A stretch of DNA of 64,000 bases from Eledone cirrhosa. Lineage: Eukaryota. The number at the start of each line of letters is the position of its first letter. Within the stretch, counting starts at the first letter, position 1. The position numbers and the translations under genes were made by a program. The notes under the pieces were generated by a model. That model did no database searches and was not told the DNA's origin. It was given only the letters and a program-made list of their open reading frames with translations. Where the stretch lies: the NCBI GenBank assembly GCA_964016885.1, contig OZ024744.1, positions 99,448,001 through 99,512,000 of the forward strand. Reading direction: 5' to 3'. Shown here one piece after another: positions 56,406 to 64,000 of the stretch.

Positions 56406-57852
56406 CAATTGCATTAATTGTTACAAGGGCAAAGGTGATGTTCTAGAAAGATGAAGCTTCAGAGGCATAAAACTAATAGATCAAGTTATAAAAGTGACAG
56501 AAGTGGTTATAACATAACTAATTAGGACAAAAGGAAAATTAGATGAGATGCAGTTTGGTTTTATGTGAGGCAACAAGAGAAGTTCCTAGCTGTAAAGTGT
56601 AAGCCACTTTGTTTAGCTTTTGTTGATCTGGAAAAAGTCTTTGACAGAGTACCTTGATCTATTATCTGGTGGTCCTTAAGGAAACTAGGTGTAAAAGAAT
56701 GGCTTCTGATAGCAGTGCAAGCCATGTACAGTGGTACTGTCAGTAAAGTGAGAGTAAGTAGTGAGTTTAGTGGTGAATTTCATGTACAGCTGGGTATTCA
56801 ACAAGGACCAGTCCTTAGCTCACACCTATTTATTATAGGGCCACAGGTTGTAAGAGAGCAGTGCAAGCCATGTACAGTGGTGCTGTCAGTAAAGTGAGAG
56901 AAGGTAATGAGTTTAGTGGTCAATTTCCTTTGCAGCTAGGTATTCAACAAGGATCAGTCCTCAGCTCACACCTATTTATTATACGTCCACAGGTTGTAAC
57001 AGAGGAGTTTAAGACAGGTCGTACATGGGAATTTCTGTATACTGATGGTCTGGTTCTTATAGCTGAATCTGTAGAAGATCTAGAAAAGAAATTTCAGACA
57101 TGGAAACAAAATTTAGATTCATAAGAACCTGGAGTAAATTTAGTAAAAACTAAAGTTTTTAGTAAGTATGAAAGAAGACAAGATCCAGTTGCCACCAGGG
57201 AAATGGCCATAGTCAATATTCAGAAAAGGTGTAGTTAAGGATTCTATACATTGTAATCGGGCGGGGAATTGACAGAGTTGTTAGAATGAGTTTAAATCCA
57301 GCCAAGGTCAGCTTTGCTTTTCATCCTTTCAAGGTCGATAAAAAAGTACTGGGGTCGATTTTTCCTCTATATCTCTTTCTCCTTTCCTTTTTCTCTGGAA
57401 GAAATCTGCTGTACTCTGGCCTGGAAAGGGATGGGCTCCACCAGGCTTAAGATGCCCAAGAAATGGCGTATGTCAATACGGTACCCCTACGACTCTATCA
57501 GGAGTTATGGGACCATCCCATGCAATACATGGTAATCAATATAAAATATGGGTGCACAAAAAGTGCATGTAATTAAAGATAGTCTAACAGAAAAGATAGA
57601 CTTTGTGTGTAGCAGATGTACAGGAAGTACATTTGGGAGGAAGAGCATCAATGAAATAAACCCTTTTCCAATCCTGGGAAGGATCCAAAGATGTAGTTGA
57701 TAGCTTCTGTTACATATGTGACCTAATTAACAATGGAGGAGGTTGATCTGAAAGCATGAGCAGGATACAAAAGTTCAGAGAGATAATACTTCTGTTGGCA
57801 ACAAAGGGTTTCTCTTTCCAAGCAAATGGTAGAGGTTGTATGATGCCTGTGT
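56406..57852 (+). mobile_element. Old decayed RTE LINE RT region with a 146-bp internal tandem duplication and a SINE insertion (~57258-57530)
   Basis: MQFGF, AFVDLEKVFDRVP, GIQQGSVLS.HLF, LYTDGLVLIAES; gcagtgcaagccatgtacagtgg repeated at ~56711 and ~56857. Confidence 0.82.
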
Positions 57853-58019
57853 GGAAGGCATCTGTCTTTTTCTTCTTCTTTGGAAGAGAAAAAGAGGGAG
57901 GGGAAAAATCTATCTCATTATTGGACTGGAACTTTATTTATCCACCACAAAAAGGAAGAAAGGCAAAGCAGAACTTAGTGAGCTTTGAGCCCTGAGTACA
58001 ATGAGCCAGACTAAATTAA

Positions 58020-58541
58020 CCTCTTCAGTGCCGTAGATGAAATAACTCATCCTAACATGTATGCATTCCAGTGCCACAGAAGAGATAACTTGTCCTAACA
58101 TGTTTGAATTTTTTTTCCAACAGTTCATAATTTCAAAGTTATGAACTCGTTTCCAACAGTTCATAACTTCAAAGTTATGAACTCTTTTCCAACAGTTCAG
58201 AATTTCAAAGTTATGAACTCGTTTCCAACAGTTCATAACTTCAAAGTTATGAACTCTTTTCCAACAGTTCATAATTTCAAAGTTCTGAAATCGTTTCCAA
58301 CAGTTCATAACTTCAAAGTTATGAACTCGTTTCCAACAGTTCATAACTTCAAAGTTATGAACTCATTTCCAACAGTTCATAACTTCAAAGCTAGATGGGG
58401 TTACTAGTTTATTGATGTGATGTTTGTCAATCATTCAGATATGTGTTAATAAATGTTTGTTTAAAAAAAATAATCATTTTACTGAAAAAAAACCCAGCAC
58501 AGCAACTGTAACTGTATAAAATATACATGGCAGTCAACAGG
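58020..58541. mobile_element. TTAA-flanked (piggyBac-like) MITE containing a hairpin minisatellite
   Basis: ttaa-cctcttcagtgcc ... ggcagtcaacagg-ttaa imperfect TIRs. Confidence 0.6.
58115..58391. repeat. 36-bp tandem array (~7.5 copies), each unit containing a 10-bp-stem hairpin
   Basis: Unit ttccaacagttcataacttcaaagttatgaactcgt; gttcataact-tcaa-agttatgaac is self-complementary. Confidence 0.93.
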
Positions 58542-59920
58542 TTAATAATCTGCCACCTTAATGACTACCACATTTAACACATGAGGAATGCATTATTATT
58601 CAAGGCTGAAATATCCTTCAGCCTTATTCTAAACATCAGATTACTTTAAATTCTGCTGTTTCATTATTTCCATTAATTAATTATTTCTCATGAACTGTTT
58701 AACAATTAAGAAGCTAATTTCTTATTTGTAAGATAAGGTATAGACTTTTTAGAATGACAATTAAATCGAAATTCATTCTAATAAATAACATTCTTTCAAT
58801 TTAAAAATTAATTATAAGCTGTTTCGTTATAAAATTCTAAATGTCCCTCTAGTTACTTTCGGGTCTTGAATAATCGTCTTCCCACTTTATTAACTTTTCA
58901 GATCCCCCCCCCCCCCCCCCCCCCCCCCCCCCATCACGCTAATTAAATTTTGCTAATTTATCTCTGGCAAAATTTTATTTTAAATAGTAGCATTCCTGCA
59001 GCAATTAATTTTCTTTATACATTAAAAAACATTATATATGAGAAAAGAAGTACATTACTGGAAATCTCATATGTTATAAATAGGATGGGTTGTGTCTCAA
59101 TATGTAAACTAAATGACTAATTCTGGTTTTTAAAAAAAAAATTATGGAAACAATATAGAAAAATTAACAATTCCCCTCACCCCTATTGTTTTGGACCCAG
59201 TTATGGGTAGGGTTTTTTTGGGGGGGGCACGACTGTTCATCTGTCTTCTTTCTCACTCGCTTCCTCTTACAAGATAAAAGAAAGAAGAAAGATAGGGATG
59301 AGGACTCAACAAAAGTATATGTGCAAGACAGCTGCTACAGATGAGCCTGGGGTGTTGACAAGATGCAGCTGCCAGTTTCATGAGGTCCACAGATTTGGTC
59401 TCTTTGCACCAAACTGCATTATAAAGATGTCAGAGGACTTCCTGATAATACTCCTCTCCTTTGTAACTGTTTGTCCTTGTGGAGCATATTTGTGATACAC
59501 AATACCTTGGTAGTCAAAGAAAACATTATAACTTTATTATAATGACCATTTTGTTTTTGCTTACACCAATGGGTGGATCTTCTCCAACACTGGTTATTGT
59601 GATTCCTTGTCATCTCAGCCTTCATCTTCCACAGGTTCCACCACTTCACTTCGTTACACAACTGACTACCTCCATATGCATCACATGTCAATAATAGTGC
59701 AGTCTTCTCTCTACCATACTACATCTGATTATCTATATCCAGCTTTGCTCTTAGCTCAATTGTGCTCTATTGTTCACATATATCACCCTTTAACTTAACC
59801 CTTTTAAATAAGCCCAGCCAAAACTGGCCCTGGTTCAATGAAAGAAAACCATCCATTTCATTCAATTCCTATAAAAATTTATATCTTCTAACATGATACT
59901 ATACAAGAACAATATATTAA

Positions 59921-60117
59921 CCCTTTACCATTTACATTACTCAATATTTACTATTGTATTTTCACAGTAAACACTTTATTTGCTTTAATTATCTCACATA
60001 ATATTGAATCTACGAGATTTTGATATTATTTATTTTGAGAACAATACCTTAACATAAGTATGAGCAGCTGATTATGACCGGTTTGAGAGAATTCTGGCCG
60101 GATTAAATGCTAAAGAG
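59921..60117 (-). mobile_element. piggyBac-type (TTAA) MITE, family copy 3, inverted
   Basis: ttaa-cccttta...taaagag-ttaa; reverse-complement homology to 27117-27342. Confidence 0.78.
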
Positions 60118-60296
60118 TTAAGTAATATTTGGAATGAAATAATTAATCATTTGAGCAAATCCTTCAAAATTTCGCATTAATTAATTGAAAGAGAGTATAT
60201 TTCATTATAGATATGGTCACAAAAGAGTTAAAAGTACCACAGGGTATTTATTCTGTCTAATGATTATAGTAATATTCAGGAGGCAATGGTTTAAAG

Positions 60297-60829
60297 CTGG
60301 GGTGTTCAACAGGCGGCCCACAGGCCATAATCTGGCCTGCCAGACCAGTCAGAGTGGCCTGTGATGATCATTTTAAATTTTTACCTTGTAGGCTTATTTA
60401 GAATTTTTTTTGTAACCGTAATACAATTCTCTGTTAGTTGACCTATACTAAAGGGCTTCACTGATAGGGTTATGTGTGTTATAATTTCCCAGTTCCATGC
60501 TATGGAAAGAAGTTGTGGTGAATCTTTGGAATAGAGCTTAATAAATATTAATGACCCTAATAGTTGTTCTGATAGGGTTATGTGTGTTATAATTTCCCAG
60601 TTACATGTTATGGAAAGAAGTTGTGGTGAATCTTTGGAATAGTGATTAATAAATATTACTGGCCCTAATAGTTGTTCTGATAGGGTTATGTGTTATAATT
60701 TCCCAGTTCCATGTTATGGAAAGAAGTTGTGGTGAATCTTTGGAATAGTGCTTAATAAATATTAATGGCCCTAACAGTTGTTCCAAAGTTCAAAAGTGGC
60801 CTGCCAATGGAATATGTTGCACACCCCTG
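60297..60829. mobile_element. Non-autonomous hAT-Charlie-like element with an internal 108-bp x3 tandem repeat (60461-60783)
   Basis: Ends ctggggtgttcaac / gttgcacacccctg; 8-bp TSD gtttaaag / gtctagag (6 of 8 match, nTCTAGAn-like). Confidence 0.78.
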
Positions 60830-60842
60830 GTCTAGAGAATAT

Positions 60843-61150
60843 GTAACTCCTAATGGAATCATAGGGGTAATCATTGGTCATATGTCTTGGACATTTTAAA
60901 TCTTGTGGAAATAATCTCTGTCCAAGTTTGAACACAGTTGCTCTCTTCCAAAGAAAAAAAGAGAGAGTTAGAGATAGGCAGTGAGAAAGAGATACAGAGG
61001 AAGAAATCAATCTCAGAACTAGACTAGTAGTTTTTTTTATCAACCTTGAAAGGATGAAAAACAAAGTTGACCTCGGCGGTATTTGACCTCAGAAAGCAGA
61101 GAGCTAGAACAAATGCTGTAAAGTATTCTATCCGACAATCTAACGACTCC
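60843..61150 (-). mobile_element. Nin-like SINE, subfamily related to 57258-57530
   Basis: tcaaccttgaaaggatgaaaaacaaagttgacctcggcgg; tail taactcctaatggaatcatagggg is the reverse complement of cccctacgactctatcaggagtta-like sequence. Confidence 0.7.
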
Positions 61151-61373
61151 ATGCTTGAAGAGACTCATGAGTAAAAATGAAGAAATGTGAGAATCAAGAA
61201 ATGTTCTACGAACAATTTAAAGAAGATATAGTATAGCACGTTAACTCTTAAGATCCTGTAATGATTTAGCAGAAAATATCTATAAAAAAAACAAAAACAA
61301 CAGGTCTATTAATTCAGATGGTTGTAGTATCTTTACTAATGGACAGTAAAGTAAAGAAAAGACTTTAATTTTG

Positions 61374-61662
61374 AATGTGATAGTCAGTGTTGTTTTGTAT
61401 TTTTCAAGAATGTCTTGTTAATGTGGTTTCATGTGGTACAGGATGGTAAGAGTTAATGTGATACAGTCATAGTACTGTTTTGTACTTTTCAAGAATGTCT
61501 TGTTAATGTGGTTTCATGTGGTACAGGATGTTAAGAGTTAATGTGATACAGTCATAGTACTGTTTTGTACTTTTCAACAACGTCTTGTTAATGTGGTTTC
61601 ATGTGGTACAGGATGTTAAGAGTTAATGTGATGCAGTCATAGTACTTGTCTTGATAATGTGG
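61374..61662. repeat. 85-bp tandem repeat (~3.5 copies, plus a detached copy at ~61925-62008)
   Basis: gtcttgttaatgtggtttcatgtggtacaggatgttaagagttaatgtgatacagtcatagtac recurring at 61455, 61540, 61625. Confidence 0.88.
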
Positions 61663-62194
61663 TTTACTTGCTTGAACATGAAACCGTACATAAGCAAGAC
61701 CCAGTTTCTTGGCCTGCTTGAGAGGCTCTGCTTCAGTACTGGCTTGGTCTATATGACTTGTCGAACACTTGCTAGCCAGAGAAATTGGAAGTTAAAACAA
61801 CAACGGTGATGATTTCATGTGATGCAGCCATTCTGCTGTTTTGTAGTGTATATTTTGCTAAAGTGGTTTGTTAATTCAACTGTTTTTATTATCTTTACTA
61901 GTGGACAGATTGTTGTGGAAATTTGTGATGTAGTCATTGTTGTTTTATATATTTTTTAGGAATGTCTTGCTAATGTGGTTTCATGTGGTACAGGACGTTA
62001 AGAGTTAAATGATATAACAGGGCATATGAAACGCTTATCTAAAGCTGTACTCTTCGCGGTGGAGTGGGGAGTAGAAACTCGTGTAAATCACACTGGAATA
62101 AAAAGTCGAATTACTATGATTTTAGCATATTTTCAAATACTCTAGTCTTCCATTATCATTAGATTTACATCTACGATGAATTGTAGGTATCGAA

Positions 62195-62360
62195 CCAGTA
62201 TTTGATGGTCTGGTACTTTCTTTTTTGTTTTTTGTCTTCTTGCCCAGATGAATGAAAGGCTAAGCTGATCTCGGCTTGATTTGAAATCAGAATGTAAAGG
62301 GCCGTAACTAAACACCATAAACATTTTATCCGACGCACTGAGACTGCCAATCCACCACCT
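62195..62360 (-). mobile_element. Decayed Nin-like SINE (further remnants at ~63020-63115 and ~63230-63350)
   Basis: atgaaaggctaagctgatctcggcttgatttgaaatcagaatgtaaagggccgtaac. Confidence 0.65.
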
Positions 62361-63671
62361 TCTGATGTCTGCTCCACAAATTAACAAGAATTCTAAGAAA
62401 TTTTTTTCTAATTCTCAAGAGAAGAATTTCTTAACGACACTGTATGAAATAATCAATCAAATCGTATTAATCAGTTAGTTGTTCAACAACTGTCATTCTA
62501 TTCTCAAATCTATAGAGCAAAACTGTCAACGGTTGTTGTTTAGCCTTAGGTCAAGCGCAATCTAGCAGACTTTTTAATCAAAAGACATTCCAGCCAAGAC
62601 CTCTCCGTTTTCATCCGGGGTATTGTGGTAATAAAATGAAGTTATCTAGTATGTTATTTTTCTTTTATGGCAGTAGAATGTGATATGAAAGAGATTTTAC
62701 TGTTGTTTCTAGCGGGTGGGACGAATCGTCAAGTTGGACGCCATTCAATAAGGCTGGTAGTTTACAATCCGTTAAAACAATTATACTAACTAATAAAGCA
62801 ATTATATTTTCTTTTGACTACTATAAATGTTTATTTCGTCTTACGTTCTTCTGATTACTAGCATTAGCGAGAAAACCTTTCTTAATATCTTAGATACAGC
62901 GTTCTATTTTATATGTGGAATGGTAACATTACTGAAATTGATTCCATAGAACCTAGGGGGAAATCTATAGAATCTACTACTAAATAGATATTGATTTCTA
63001 GGGACTCAAATTTGAATACAGTCGATTGTGTCGACTAAAGTACTTGATTGGTACATATATTTCATCCACTTCGGAAGGAAGAAAGGTAAAGTTGACCTAG
63101 GTGGGATTTGAACGCTATTATAATAATAACAATGATGATTTCTTTGGGCCAAAAATAAATAGAATAAAATAAAATAAAATAAAATAAAGATAAATAAAAC
63201 CTTCTTTTAGTAAGGAAGGTGAGTAATTAATCGAATAGACATTAGTATATTACTGGTACCCATTTTATCGAGCGACGAAGTAGCAGGTGCCCGGTTGGTT
63301 GGATTGGAACTGATGAAACGAGATGCATCATCGAACCAACCATTTTAACTAACACCTTAGTCACCCATCTAGAATGGTGATGTTACCAAGTGTTGGCGGT
63401 GGATATAATAAATTAAATGTTAGTAGTAAAGTAAAATGATGGCAAAAAAAAGGGGGGAAAGACAGAGCTGAGTTAAGTTGAATCCGTTGATTAGACAGAG
63501 AGCATTTGGCTGTTATATTATGTCGGGATAAAGATAGAGAGAGAGAAAAATATATAGGTTTAATTGAAATATTTTTCCCTATATATAGCATCGTCGGTGG
63601 TATGTTTATGAGTTCCTTCTACGTGTATATATATGTTGGAGCGTGCGCAAAAGCCCGTATGATTACATCAG

Positions 63672-63703
<32 letters not shown>

Positions 63704-63774
63704 CATATACACACACAAACATACATATATACATAAATATATATATATAAATATATAAGTATATAAATATATAT

Positions 63775-63806
<32 letters not shown>
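63672..63806. repeat. (TA)n-rich microsatellite
   Basis: Direct reading. Confidence 0.95.
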
Positions 63807-63808
<2 letters not shown>

Positions 63809-64000
63809 CAACTGCTGTATATTGTATGAAAGGTCGGTGTGTTGCTGCTGCTGCTGCTACTTTCACTGGATAATCACCTCCTCCTGGATATCCTTCGTAT
63901 TCTAACGTTGACCACCATCCCCACTACCATCATCATCACCACCACCATCACCTAAACTACAACCACCACTACTATTACTACTGCTGCTCCCAGCACAACC

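Overview
Eukaryotic, repeat-saturated animal DNA. The SINE/LINE repertoire (tRNA-CORE and Nin-type SINEs, RTE LINEs with ATG-repeat tails, Penelope-like elements, long TA runs) suggests a cephalopod such as Octopus; this is inference. Bases 1-25210 are one giant C/A-rich triplet-register satellite with kb-scale higher-order duplications, and its long ORFs are most likely repeat artefacts. Bases 25.3-64 kb are a nest of mobile elements: hAT and piggyBac-type MITEs, RTE, Dong/R4, L1/Tx1 and CRE LINE remnants, two Penelope-like elements, a Helitron scrap and many SINEs. Many minisatellites here grew out of transposon parts. Only one convincing host exon was found: an M16 metallopeptidase HxxEH exon at 53787-53869 (minus strand). 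The most notable signals are a cluster of minimal hammerhead-ribozyme motifs, including two ORF-less foldback elements embedded in (TA)n, and repeated Dong/R4 insertions into (TAA)n SINE tails. All calls come from reading the sequence by eye, so repeat boundaries are approximate.
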